Shown piece after piece: positions 30,402 through 40,659 of a DNA stretch of 64,000 bases. Positions within the stretch are counted from its first letter, which is position 1, and every line of letters starts with the position of its first letter. The stretch is taken from NCBI GenBank assembly GCA_963798085.1, contig CAWCRS010000001.1:128001-192000 (forward strand), in the 5' to 3' direction. A program made the position numbers and the translations under genes. The notes below the pieces were generated by a model. The model worked only from the letters and a program-made list of their open reading frames with translations. It had not been told where the DNA came from and ran no database searches. Source of the stretch: an uncultured Gemmatimonadales bacterium (lineage in GTDB: Bacteria; Gemmatimonadota; Gemmatimonadetes; Longimicrobiales; RSA9).

Positions 30402-30632
30402 ATGCGCCCGTATCTGAAATCGCGGCTGGTTCAGGTCGGACTGGTGCTGCTCGTCTTCGGAGCGGGGCCGCTGCTCTTCATCATCTTTGCGGCCGCGGTG
30501 GGCCTCTGGCCGGATCCCAACCCCAATCCCATTGGTCCGGGCATTCTTGCCTTCTTCACCTTCTGGCCCGGCGTGATCTGCACACTCGTGGGTATCGCGC
30601 GCGTCTGGCTGCGCCGCAACGAGGGCGTCTGA
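30402..30632 (+). CDS. Small two-TM membrane protein
   Basis: GGGAGA SD; two hydrophobic segments linked by WPDPNPNPIGPG. Confidence 0.75.
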   Translation: MRPYLKSRLVQVGLVLLVFGAGPLLFIIFAAAVGLWPDPNPNPIGPGILAFFTFWPGVICTLVGIARVWLRRNEGV

Positions 30633-30698
30633 TCACAGGCGACGACACCGCCCCGGGAACCGGCACGGTCCCCGAGGTTCCATCGTCGCCTGCACGGT

Positions 30699-32462
30699 TC
30701 ATTGCTGCTGCTGTGACTTGATCCAGCGCTCGATCTTCTGCCGCAGCATGACCAGCGGCACTGCGCCGTCTTCCAGTACGCGGTCGTGGAAGGCGCGGAT
30801 GTCGAAGCGCGAGCCCAGCGCCTTCTCCGCCTCCTCGCGCAGCCGCCGGATCTCGAGATTGCCCAGCATGTAGGACGTGGCCTGGCCGGGCACCGCGATG
30901 TAGCGGTCCACCTCCGACTCCACGCTGGCCTTCGATTCGGCCGTGTTCTGCAGCATGTAGTCGATGGCCTGCTGCCGGCTCCAGCCCAGTGCGTGCATGC
31001 CCGCGTCCACCACCAGCCTCGCCGCCCGTAACGCCTCGTTAGAGAGCAGGCCCATGCGGTCCACATCGCTGGTGTACAGCCCCATCTCGTCCGCCAGCCG
31101 CTCGCAGTACAGCGCCCAGCCCTCGCCGAAACCCGACAGGAAGATGTAGCGCTGCACCGGGTGCAGTCCCTTGCGCTCGAGGGCAATGGCGCCCTGCAAA
31201 TGGTGGCCCGGCCAGGTCTCGTGGAACGCGGTCGCCTCAATGCCGGCGCGGGGTTTGGTGTCGGCCTGGTAGAGGTTGATGTAGTAAATGCCGGGGCGGC
31301 TGCCATCCTCGGAGCCGTTGTTGTAGAAGCCGCCGGGCGCGTTGGGCTCGGAGAATGCCGGCACGGGCTGCACCTCGACCACGCCGGCCGGCACGATGCC
31401 GAACCACTTCGGCACGCTGTCCCTCGCCCGCTCGACCGCCGACTTCGCCGCCGCCAGCATGGCCGAGCGGCTGCCCATCAGGTATTGCCGATCCGTGCGC
31501 AGCTTCTCCAGTGCCGCATCCACATTGCTGGTGGCAAAGGAGCGCTCCGCAATGGCCGCCATTTCGCCGCGGATCTTCTTCATCTGGTCCAGCCCGGTCT
31601 GGTGCACCTGCTGTGGCGTCATGTCCACGGTGGCGTGATAGCGGATCGCCGCCTGATAACACTGGGCTCCATCCGGGTTCGCCGAGACGGCGATCGCATC
31701 CCTCGCCTCGGGCTGGTACTCGAGACGCAGGAAGTCGCGGTAGCGCAGGATGGCCGGCCGGATCGCCGTTTCCTCGAGCTGCTCCATGCGCTTGCGGAAA
31801 TCGGGGATCGACTCGGGCGCCATCGCGACGAAGGGCGAGTCCTTGATGGGCGCGTTGAGCAGCGCGTCCATCTGCTGGATCACCGCTTCGACATTCCCCT
31901 TCGGTGCCGAATAGCCGCGCTCCAGCCCGGTGCGCAGGTTGGCCATCTCCTGGTCCAGATAACGCGGGATTTCGGAAAAGCGACGCACCGCCGCATCGTC
32001 CTTCTCCGCTGTGCCGATCGGCTGCGAGTTGGCCAGCAGTGCCAGCACCGCCTGCCAGCCCGTCCACGTGGGACTCACGTTCCACAATTCCATGTGGCAC
32101 ACGCGGTAGCCCTGGTCATTGCGGATCAGCTCGGAGAGGAAACCGTGTGTTACCGCCTCGGCGCTGCCTTCCGGCAGCTTTGCGGTGTCGATCGCCTGCA
32201 ATGCGGTGAGGATCGAGTCTTCCGTGGCCTGCCACTGCGCGAGCGTCGCCGGCGAAAGGTCGGAGAGCCGGTCGTGCGGTCCCGCGGCCGCGCCCAGCAG
32301 GGTGGCGTTTTCCGGGAACGTCGCGAAGTACGCCGCCATGTAGCGGTCCGCGAGCTGATTGATGTGGCTGGCCATGGTCCCGCTTCCCGTGCCTTCCCTG
32401 CCGCAGCCGGCGAGCGCCAGCGCTGCGAACATCGCTGTCAGCAGCTTCGTGGAACGCATCAT
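30699..32462 (-). CDS. DUF885-family lipoprotein
   Basis: LALAGC lipobox; FHETWPGHHLQ, FGEGWALYCE, RAARLVVDAGMH, EVDRYIAVPGQATSY, FDIRAFHD. Confidence 0.92.
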   Translation of the reverse strand: MMRSTKLLTAMFAALALAGCGREGTGSGTMASHINQLADRYMAAYFATFPENATLLGAAAGPHDRLSDLSPATLAQWQATEDSILTALQAIDTAKLPEGSAEAVTHGFLSELIRNDQGYRVCHMELWNVSPTWTGWQAVLALLANSQPIGTAEKDDAAVRRFSEIPRYLDQEMANLRTGLERGYSAPKGNVEAVIQQMDALLNAPIKDSPFVAMAPESIPDFRKRMEQLEETAIRPAILRYRDFLRLEYQPEARDAIAVSANPDGAQCYQAAIRYHATVDMTPQQVHQTGLDQMKKIRGEMAAIAERSFATSNVDAALEKLRTDRQYLMGSRSAMLAAAKSAVERARDSVPKWFGIVPAGVVEVQPVPAFSEPNAPGGFYNNGSEDGSRPGIYYINLYQADTKPRAGIEATAFHETWPGHHLQGAIALERKGLHPVQRYIFLSGFGEGWALYCERLADEMGLYTSDVDRMGLLSNEALRAARLVVDAGMHALGWSRQQAIDYMLQNTAESKASVESEVDRYIAVPGQATSYMLGNLEIRRLREEAEKALGSRFDIRAFHDRVLEDGAVPLVMLRQKIERWIKSQQQQ

Positions 32463-32818
32463 TACTTTTCTCCGTCGGGACTTGCGGCAGCGGACCCGTC
32501 GTGGCCCGCCCGCGTGTTGCGCCATTGTCAGATCGCAGCAGCCTGCGCCAGTGCGCCATCGATTTCGAGTGCCCGGCCCGCCGCCTGCTCCGCGCGAGCG
32601 CAAGCCCGCGACCGCCTCGAACGCGCGCTGCGCATTCGCGGAATCGCCTTCCCGCAGCAGCAGATCAGCAAACTGCGCTCGACCAGCGCGCCCGCCCACG
32701 CCGCGGTCACGCTCGTGACCAGCGGCGGCGCCTGCTCCAGACCCTCGCGCGCCGCGGCCGGCGTCGGTCGACAATTCGGTTCAGGCGTCGCGCCGCGAGC
32801 ACCAGCAGCGTACCCCCG

Positions 32819-33136
32819 TCATTCCGTCGTCACCGCGCTCGGTCCCCGCCTCGCCTCCAGCTCCGGCCTCGCCTTGGTGCGCGCATCCAGCAGCCGCTCC
32901 GTGAACTCCAGCCGGTCCTCGATCGCCTCCAGCCGCTGCCCTACCTTCTCCAGCAACCGCTCGAGCCGCGGCTCCAGTGAAGGCGACTGCTGCGCCGGTA
33001 TCAACCGCACCTCGGGCGCCGGCAACGCCTGCCTCTTCGCCTCCCGCCGCCAGTTCATGGCCGCCTTGAAGAAATAGCCTACGGGGATGCCCACACAGGT
33101 GCCAAAAAAAAGGCTGAACACGATCTCCGGCGGCAT
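32819..33136 (-). CDS. Small membrane-anchored coiled-coil protein
   Basis: GGAGG SD; N-terminal TM (IVFSLFFGTCVGIPVGYFF), heptad RLEAIEDRLEFTERLL. Confidence 0.7.
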   Translation of the reverse strand: MPPEIVFSLFFGTCVGIPVGYFFKAAMNWRREAKRQALPAPEVRLIPAQQSPSLEPRLERLLEKVGQRLEAIEDRLEFTERLLDARTKARPELEARRGPSAVTTE

Positions 33137-33302
33137 GTCTGCCTCCCCTCCGCGCAAGTCCGTTCCGGCCTGCTGCACACTCGGCCCGCTGCCACCAATC
33201 AAGCGACCCGGCACCCCGCCTGCAACCGTGATCCGCCCGCGTCGCTTCACTGCCGCAGACCGGCCTCCGTTCACTACGCGTTTTCGCGGCTGACGTTGCC
33301 AC

Positions 33303-33329
33303 TGTCAGGATGATACTATCGTTCTGACA
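33303..33329. promoter_or_regulatory. Imperfect 27-bp palindrome, candidate operator
   Basis: TGTCAGGATGATA-C-TATCGTTCTGACA (11/13 arm match) between divergent genes. Confidence 0.45.
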
Positions 33330-33418
33330 CTAAAGCCGGCGCTCCGCTCATGCACTCGGCAGCGGTCGTCCGGACATGTGGCAGCAGCACGGCTGGCGCA
33401 CCGAGGTGGGAGCATGTG

Positions 33419-34976
33419 ATGGGTACGTCGGACACGGATTTCAGGCGACGATTCCAGGGCGACCCACCGTCGCGACCGCCGCGTTTCTATCGCGTCCTGC
33501 TGCTGGCGTTCCCGCCGGAGTTCCGGTCGCGCTACGGCCCGTCAATGGAGGCGCTCTTCGTGGATCGGCTGGCTGCCGCCGGCCGCCTGTCGAGACCGGG
33601 TGTATGGTTGCGCGGGGTTGGGGACGCGTTGCGGCACGGACTGGCCGAGCGCCGTTCGCTGCGGCGTGCGTTGCGCCAGGCGCAGCGTCTGGAGCCGGGG
33701 AGCTCGCGTGGTCGCACTGGCAAGCCGCTCTCGTCGCTGGGCCGCGACCTGCGACAGGCGATGCGCGTTGCGCCGCGCGCCTGGCAGTGCGCTGGCGGCG
33801 ATCCTCACACTGGCGCCGGCATCGGGCTCACGGCGGCCGTGTGGAGCATCATGTATGGCGTGCAGCTGCGGCCGCTGCCTCTTCCCCAGCCGCGGCGGCT
33901 GGTCTCGCTGACACGCGTGTTAGCGGGGCATTCGGAGCAGCGCGCGGATGTGACCCTCGCGCAGTTTGCGGACTGGCGGGCAGGGCTGCGTTCCTTTGCC
34001 GATCCGGCCGCGTGCTACGAGGACGAGGCCACGCTGTGTGGCGGTGCTGTGCCGGAGCGACTGCATGTGACGCGTGTGACGCCTTCGCTGCTGCGCCTGC
34101 TGGGTGTGCAGCCAGTGCTGGGCGCTGGCTGTGCGCGGATGATGACCTGCCGGGCTCGCCTGCGGTGCTGCTGATCGGCTGGTCATTGTGGCACCGTCCG
34201 TTCGCTGCGGATGCGGGGGTGGTCGGGCGCACGATCCGGCTGGACGGCGCACCCGCAACCATCGTGGGCGTGATGCCGCAGCGGTTCGTCTTTCCCGATA
34301 CGGAGCAGGCGTGGCTCCCGATACGTGCGGACGTGCCCGGCGATCGCGCTGCGGGTCCCGGCGTCCAGGTGCTGGGCCGCGCGCGGGATGGACGGACGCT
34401 CGCAGAAGCGGCCGCTGAGCTGGATGAGATGGCCGGGCAGCTGGCGCGTGCCTGGCGCCTCCGCTTGTGCACGTGCCCGCGGTCAACGTCACGCCTTCGT
34501 TCTTCGATCTGCTCGGTGTGCGTGCCGAGGCCGGCCGAGTATTCACGGATGCGGATCGGGACGGCACGCTTCCCGTCGTGATCGTCAATCGCTCGTTCGA
34601 GCGCCGCTTCTTTGCGGGCCGCAGTGCGGTCGGCAGACAATTGCGCGTCGACACCGCGGTGACCGCCGGCGGCATACTCACCATCGTCGGCGTCGTGCCC
34701 GACCTGTTCGCGGCCGGCGTGCACAACCGTCTGCCCGAAGCAGTCTACCGCCCCGTGGCACAGGCCGGGCCGGCGGAGCTGCACGTGATGGTGCGCGCCG
34801 CCACCACGCGCGAGGCGGCCGCTGCCCTGCGTGTCGCAGTGGCCGCGGTGGACCCCGACATGGCACTCGACAACAGCGGCACGCTGCAGCTGCTCTTCAC
34901 CGCCGCGCTGGCCAGCTTCGTGCCCGCGTGGCGCGCGGCCCGCGTCGACCCTCTGCGAACGCTGCGCAGCGACTGA
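33419..34976 (+). pseudogene. Degenerate ADOP-type ABC permease (frameshifts and large internal deletions)
   Basis: LLAFPPEFRSRYG prefix, GIGLTAAVWSI, TIVGVMP, second periplasmic segment VTPSFFDLLG, terminal VPAWRAARVDPLRTLRSD; most TM segments missing; three frames. Confidence 0.85.
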
Positions 34977-35054
34977 CCGTTCGTGCCCCGACGGTCCGGT
35001 CCCTGGCCGCGTCGTGTTGTCCGCGGAACGGGCAAATGCTAAGGTTCCGCGATT

Positions 35055-35840
35055 ATGAACAAAAGAACTCTCGCGCTGTCCGGCATTGTGCTCACGTTGT
35101 GCGCCTCGACGGGCGTGCACGCCCAGGAGAATTACGAGATCCAGGTGTACGGCTCGGAAACGATGCCGGCCGGGATCACGATGTTCGAGTTGCACAGCAA
35201 CTTCACGATCACGGGTCGCAGGCAACTGGCCGGCGTGCAGCTGCCCACGTATCACGCCTTCCATGAGACGGTCGAGATCACGCATGGATTCGGCGATTGG
35301 GCGGAGATCGGTTTCTATTTCTTCACGAGTGCCCGCTCGGGCGACGGCTGGCAGTGGGTGGGCGATCACATTCGGCCGCGCGTGCGCGTGCCGCCGTCAT
35401 GGCACTGGCCCGTGGGCGCCAGCCTGAGCGCGGAATTCGGCTATCAGCGCAGCGAGTTCTCCGAGGACACCTGGTCACTCGAGCTGCGGCCCATCATCGA
35501 CCGCGATTTCGGCCCCGCCTATGTGTCCCTCAATCCCACTCTGGAACGCTCGTTCCGTGGCGCCAACTCGGGCATCGGTTTCGAGTTCTCGCCCAACGCG
35601 GTCGTGGGCGTTGATGTCAACCGCGTGCTGAATGTGGGCGTGGAGTACTACGGCAGTCTGGGCCCGCTGCGCGCTCTGGATCCTGTCGATGAGCAGGAGC
35701 ATCAGCTCTATGCGGCTGTGAACCTGAATGTCAGCCCGGACTGGGAAATCAACGCCGGTTATGGCCAGGGCCTCACCGGGGCCGGTGATCGCCGACTCAT
35801 CAAACTGATTCTGGGACGACGCGTCGGACACAGCCGTTAG
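35055..35840 (+). CDS. Putative outer-membrane beta-barrel protein
   Basis: Signal peptide ending VHA-Q; ENYEIQVYG; amphipathic aromatic-rich strands (EIGFYFF, GVEYYG, WEINAGYG). Confidence 0.7.
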   Translation: MNKRTLALSGIVLTLCASTGVHAQENYEIQVYGSETMPAGITMFELHSNFTITGRRQLAGVQLPTYHAFHETVEITHGFGDWAEIGFYFFTSARSGDGWQWVGDHIRPRVRVPPSWHWPVGASLSAEFGYQRSEFSEDTWSLELRPIIDRDFGPAYVSLNPTLERSFRGANSGIGFEFSPNAVVGVDVNRVLNVGVEYYGSLGPLRALDPVDEQEHQLYAAVNLNVSPDWEINAGYGQGLTGAGDRRLIKLILGRRVGHSR

Positions 35841-36015
35841 CGTAGCGACAACCCACCCGCTGCTGCCGCTGTCGCAACCGAACAGCGGATTCACTGCGTC
35901 ATTCCCGGCCGCTCAACGGCTTCGTGCGCTGCTGCCCCAACGGGGACTTTCCCGGGGTGCGACATTGCGCGGGTTTTCAATCCGCGGTTGCTGCTTGCGC
36001 GTGGCTGTCAGCCCG

Positions 36016-36611
36016 TCAGCTGCGAAGCGCGGCTTCCCGGATGGGTGTCGACGGCAGAGCCCGCAGTGCCGCGAGTTGCGCGGCACGCAGCGCGTCCGCA
36101 CCCGGCACTGCGATGTCAGGCTGCACGCCCGTGCCCTCCCAGTCACCGCCGGTCACCACATTGATGGGCCGCGTGATGGGCACGGGTGCGCTGTAGTGCG
36201 CCCCGGGCACCACGGTGGTCCACATCTCGGTGGTCTGGTCATCGGGCCGCGAGTAGATGCGCGCGACCAGCGTGCGCTCCGGTATCAGGTAGCCCGCCAG
36301 CTGCATCACGCCATCGGGTGACCCGCCCGGACAGTCGCGCAAGTCAATGATGAGCGCGTCCGTTGCCTCCACTTCGTGCATCGCGCTGGCCAGTTCGGGC
36401 GCGAGCCGCTCGGGCGGTGGAAACATGCGGAAACGCAGATAGCCGAGGTTGGCTGGCAGAACATCCGCGTTGACAGCGGCACCATTCGGCCGCGCCGGCG
36501 TCGGCCCGCCATGTCGGCGCGGTCGCGATCACGCAGCTGGGCGCGAGCGCCGGCAAAGGTGCAGGCGAGGTAGAGGCAGGCGGACAGGTGGATCGCGGGC
36601 AAGCGACGCAT
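36016..36611 (-). pseudogene. S41-family peptidase remnant
   Basis: Signal peptide, frameshift, then LGYLRFRMF, ALIIDLRDCPGG, GDWEGTGVQPDIAV; catalytic SAAE region absent. Confidence 0.8.
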
Positions 36612-36827
36612 CGGTGCCCTCCCATCGAGTTGTGTGCCAGGAGCCCGTGTGATGCCGCGCGATCGCCCGAGTGTTGCCTCGTGGGCCGACCGGACCGCGA
36701 GTGGCACGCACTCGCCTCGTTGCGTGTGCCTCAGCAGCCTGCTGCGGCAGTCCGCTGCCCGCACGCCGTGCCGCTGGCAGCGGACTGCGACATGGCTGAC
36801 GTCACTTCGATGTGGGGCGGGCCGGCA

Positions 36828-37292
36828 TCACTTGGCGACAGCCTTGCCGTCCGGGCCGACCTGGATTTCCCTGCGCTTGCCACCGGTCAGTACCACCGCT
36901 TCATACGCGACCAGCTTGCCCTGTCGCGTCAGCGCTTCCACTCTCTCGATCTTCCCCTGCCCTGCCTTCGCCGTCAGCGCGGAACGCGCGGCTTCCGGCA
37001 CATCGCTCAATGCCGTCTCTTCCTCGATTTCCTGCACCTCGCCGTCGCTGCCGATCACCATGTCGCGCGTGTGGCCGTTCACCGTAAGCTCGAGTTCGTA
37101 TGTCGTCTTGCCGTTCTCCGTTTCCTTCGACAGCCCGCGAATCGTGGCGCCCTGACTCTGCGCCGCCACGGTCTTCTCCACTGCCGGCGGCAGATCGGCT
37201 CGCTTCACCCTGGTTTCCTGCGCTTGCGCAGCACCGGCCATCATTGCGAGCCCAATGACCGCCGTCAGAACTGCCTGCTTGTTTCTCATCAT
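36828..37292 (-). CDS. Periplasmic PepSY-like (BLIP-like) repeat protein
   Basis: Signal peptide AQA-Q; two repeats (LPPAVEKTV...TTYELEL...IGSDG / VPEAARSAL...AYEAVV...VGPDG). Confidence 0.8.
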   Translation of the reverse strand: MMRNKQAVLTAVIGLAMMAGAAQAQETRVKRADLPPAVEKTVAAQSQGATIRGLSKETENGKTTYELELTVNGHTRDMVIGSDGEVQEIEEETALSDVPEAARSALTAKAGQGKIERVEALTRQGKLVAYEAVVLTGGKRREIQVGPDGKAVAK

Positions 37293-37644
37293 GTACTCCG
37301 AACCGGTAAGGGAATCCGCGCTGGAGGCGCGCGCCACGGAACCGGCAATCCTAGCCGCGGCGCATGTCCGGATCATGACGGGAGCGCCTGCCGGTTCAAT
37401 CGAGGTAGACATCCTCGAAGCTCGTCAGCCGTCGTTTCCGGCCGACGACCGGCGGCGGTGCGGCTAGTCCTCAAATCCCTCTTACGATGGATGGTGAGTC
37501 GCCGGGAACCGTGTAGACTTAACAGGGCAGCCAGATCCGCGCAGCTTCTCTCGTGCAGTGGCAGCGAATCACCTGTTAAGGCTTCACGACCGCGATCTCC
37601 GACCTGTGCCTGCCTGGTACAGGAGCGGAGAACCATGATGGAAA

Positions 37645-37707
37645 CTACCCGACAACGTGGAAAGCATCGCGGCCGATGCGTCAGCGCAGACTGGCACGGT
37701 CGGGTGG
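37645..37707 (+). ncRNA. Candidate structured cis-regulatory RNA (three-way junction) in 5' leader
   Basis: P1 37645-53/37699-707, P1b CGTG/CACG, GAAA junction, P2 GCATCG/CGATGC, P3 TCAG/CTGG; ends about 10 nt before the SD. Confidence 0.45.
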
Positions 37708-37727
37708 ATCAAGCAAAGGAGAGCACC

Positions 37728-38363
37728 ATGAGACGGACAATTCCCGGGTTGATTGCTTTGGCCAGCCTTCTGCTCTGCGCCTGCAGGACATTGCAGTCGG
37801 CTGACAACAGCATCCCCGGTGAAGTAAGCCTCAAGGCCATGTCGGGTACGCAGATCGATGCCACGACGCTGCGTACCATCTCATCGCAGAGCGACAATGC
37901 AGGGGACACCTTCACTGCCAGCGTATCGAACGACGTGAAGGACGGCCTTGGCCGTATCGTGATTCCCGCGGGCTCAACACTCGATCTGACCATCACGGAG
38001 CTGGAGCCGGCCAGCGACAAGAGCAAGGTCGACGGAAAGATCACGCTGCTCGTGGACTCGGTGAGCATCGGAAACCGGACCTATCCGCTCAAGGCGGACA
38101 TCACCTCAATGGAGCACACGCTCAACGGGCAGGGCGTCGGCGCCGCTGAAGTGGAGAAGACGGCGGCCGGAGTGGTAATCGGCGGCATCGCGGGCCGGAT
38201 CATCGGCGGAAACTCGAAGGGCACCATCATCGGCGCGGTCGTTGGTGGCGCCGCTGGTGCGGCGGTCGCCGTGCAGACTGCAAATCGGGATGTGGTCGTG
38301 GTTGCGGGAACACCGATGGTCGTGACGTTGAGCGCACCGGTGACCGTCGCGATCAGTCAGTGA
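37728..38363 (+). CDS. Lipoprotein with TrbI-like beta domain and C-terminal glycine zipper
   Basis: AAGGAG SD; LLLCAC lipobox; ISSQSDNAGDTFTASV, IVIPAGS, GGIAGRIIGG...GAVVGGAAGAAVA. Confidence 0.85.
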   Translation: MRRTIPGLIALASLLLCACRTLQSADNSIPGEVSLKAMSGTQIDATTLRTISSQSDNAGDTFTASVSNDVKDGLGRIVIPAGSTLDLTITELEPASDKSKVDGKITLLVDSVSIGNRTYPLKADITSMEHTLNGQGVGAAEVEKTAAGVVIGGIAGRIIGGNSKGTIIGAVVGGAAGAAVAVQTANRDVVVVAGTPMVVTLSAPVTVAISQ

Positions 38364-38431
38364 TACTGAAGCCGCGGCCGACTGCGTGTCCCGATGAATG
38401 CCATTCTTGCCCGTAAGACAGGAGGCACCGT

Positions 38432-38518
38432 ATGAACCGAATGCTGGACTGGCTGAGACAGATCGGTCGCTGGATACGGCCGTTCACCACACCCTTTGCG
38501 TGGAGCCCGCGCAGATGA
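38432..38518 (+). CDS. 28-aa Trp/Arg-rich small peptide
   Basis: AGGAGG SD 6 nt before ATG; MNRMLDWLRQIGRWIRPFTTPFAWSPRR*. Confidence 0.5.
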   Translation: MNRMLDWLRQIGRWIRPFTTPFAWSPRR

Positions 38519-38543
38519 CCTGAGCGGCCTCGCCCGCTCCTGG

Positions 38544-39029
38544 CTAACGCGGTGCTTGATCAGGCGGCGGATGGATCGAGTCGACCCACGCGACTTCCTC
38601 GGGCGGCTCGGCAGGCGAGAGGTCGAGATTGACGACGACGGGATCCTGGCCGCTGCGCACCAGCACGCACTGCAGCGGCTCGTTGCGGCTGGCGTTGATC
38701 TCCTGGTGCGGCACGTACGGCGGCACGTAAATGAAATCGCCCGGGCCCGCTTCCGCGGTGTACTCCAGGCTCTCGCCCCAGCGCATTCTTGCCCGCCCGC
38801 TCACCACGAAGATCACGCTCTCCAGATCACCGTGATGGTGCGCGCCCGTCTTGGCGTTGGGATGGATCGTGACCGTGCCTGCCCACAGTTTGCTGGCGCC
38901 GGTGCGTGCGTGCGTGATCGCGGCGGCGCGCGTCATGCCCGGCGTCTGCGGCGTATTCAGATCGAGCGCGCCGCCGGAAACAATGCGCACGCCATGGTCG
39001 CGCCAGTAGTCGGCGGGGGTGGCATCCAT
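38544..39029 (-). CDS. Cupin-domain protein
   Basis: TPQTPGMTRAAAI, GAHHHGDLES, GPGDFIYVPPYVPHQE. Confidence 0.9.
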   Translation of the reverse strand: MDATPADYWRDHGVRIVSGGALDLNTPQTPGMTRAAAITHARTGASKLWAGTVTIHPNAKTGAHHHGDLESVIFVVSGRARMRWGESLEYTAEAGPGDFIYVPPYVPHQEINASRNEPLQCVLVRSGQDPVVVNLDLSPAEPPEEVAWVDSIHPPPDQAPR

Positions 39030-39083
39030 GCGGGTATTTTCGCTGGGCGGCGGGTCGCGCGCCAGTCGGCCGGACGCCCGGGT

Positions 39084-40659
39084 TCAGACGTTGGCGACGC
39101 GCAGCACTTCCTCGATCGTGGTCACGCCCTCGCGCACAAGGCGCAGGCCATCGTCGCGCAGCAGCCGCATGCCCTTGGCGAGCGCCAGGCGCATGAGGCG
39201 GCCGGCACTGGCATCCTCGTGGATGGCGGCGCGCAGCTCTTCGTCCATCACGAGCAGCTCGTAGATGCCGGTGCGGCCGCGATAGCCGGTGCCACGACAC
39301 GCCGCGCAGCCTTCACCCTACCAGCCGCGAGGCAGTTCTTCTGGCGGAAACGACCGAGCGCGGTGCGCTGCTCGGTGGTGATCGGCGCCGGGCGTGCGGC
39401 AGGTCTCGCAGATGCGGCGCACCAGGCGCTGCGCCAGCACGGCCTCCACCGTGCTGGCCACGAGGATAGGCTTCAATGCCGAGATCGAGCAGGCGAGTCA
39501 GTGCCGTCGCCGCATCATTCGTGTGCAGCGTGGACAGCACGAGGTGGCCGGTGAGCGCGGCGTGCGTCGCGATATCCGCCGTCTCCTGGTCGCGGATCTC
39601 GCCCACCAGCATGATGTCCGGGTCCTGGCGCAGCAGCGCGCGCAGCGCGTTGGCGAACGTCAGTCCGACTTTCTCGTTGACCGGCACCTGCGGCACGCCG
39701 GTCAGCTCGTACTCGACCGGGTCTTCCACGGTGATGATCTTCTCGCGACCCGTCCGGATGCGGTCCACCGCCGCGTAGAGCGTCGTCGTCTTGCCCGAGC
39801 CCGTGGGTCCGGTGGAGAGCACGATGCCGTGCGGCTTCGAGATGACAGCGACGAAGCGGCGCAGCGTGTCGCCGGCCATGCCCAGCTCTTCGAGGTCGAT
39901 GCGGCCGCGCTCCTTGTCGAGCAGTCGCAGCACGACGCTCTCGCCGTGCAGCGTAGGCAGTGTCGGCGACGCGCACGTCGACCTGCCGGTCGTGCATGCG
40001 CAGGCGGATGCGGCCGTCCTGCGGCACCCGCCGCTCGGCGATGTCCAGCTCGGCCATGATCTTCAGCCGGCTGACCACCGCCGCTGCCAGGCGCCGCGGC
40101 GGCGCGGGCGCATCCTGCAGCACGCCGTCGATGCGGTACCGCACGCGCAATCCGCCCAGGTACGTCTCGAGGTGCACGTCGGACGCGCGCGCCTCCAGCG
40201 CCTCGAGCAACAGCAGGTTAACCAGCTTGACGACCGGCGCTTCATTGGCCAGGCTGACCAGATCGTCGAGCGCGGCGTCCAGCTCCCCGACCGGCCGCAC
40301 TTCGTCGGACAATCCGGCGATGACGTCCTCGGCGGTCAGCGCGTCGGGCGAGTAGATGCGACGGATGGCGGCGCGCAGCTCGGTCTCCGGCATGCGCACG
40401 AGGTCCAGCGGCGCGCCCGCGATGAGCGCAGATCATCCAGTGCGACCGGGTCGATCGTGTCGCTCCACGTGGCAACGGTCAGCCGGCCATCCTCGAAGCC
40501 CAGCGGGAGCACCGCGTGATGCTCGAGATAATCGGCTGTCAGCAGTGGCGACAGTGGCTCGGCCGCCTGCAGCACGGCCTGTGTTTCGAGAGCGGGCGTG
40601 ACCGCTTCGAGCGGCACCCCGCCCCCGTCGCCGTTGGCGGGCAGCTCCGCCATCGCCAT
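39084..40659 (-). CDS. gspE: T2SS ATPase GspE, interrupted by several indels and an in-frame TAG
   Basis: [20 protein letters not shown], Walker [41 protein letters not shown], two CxxC, EEVLRV*; lesions near 40428, 39966, 39464 and 39320. Confidence 0.9.

Noticed and set aside
32470..32822. Possible frameshifted small gene coupled to the 32819-33136 ORF
   Set aside because: Needs several frame changes and gives no recognisable product
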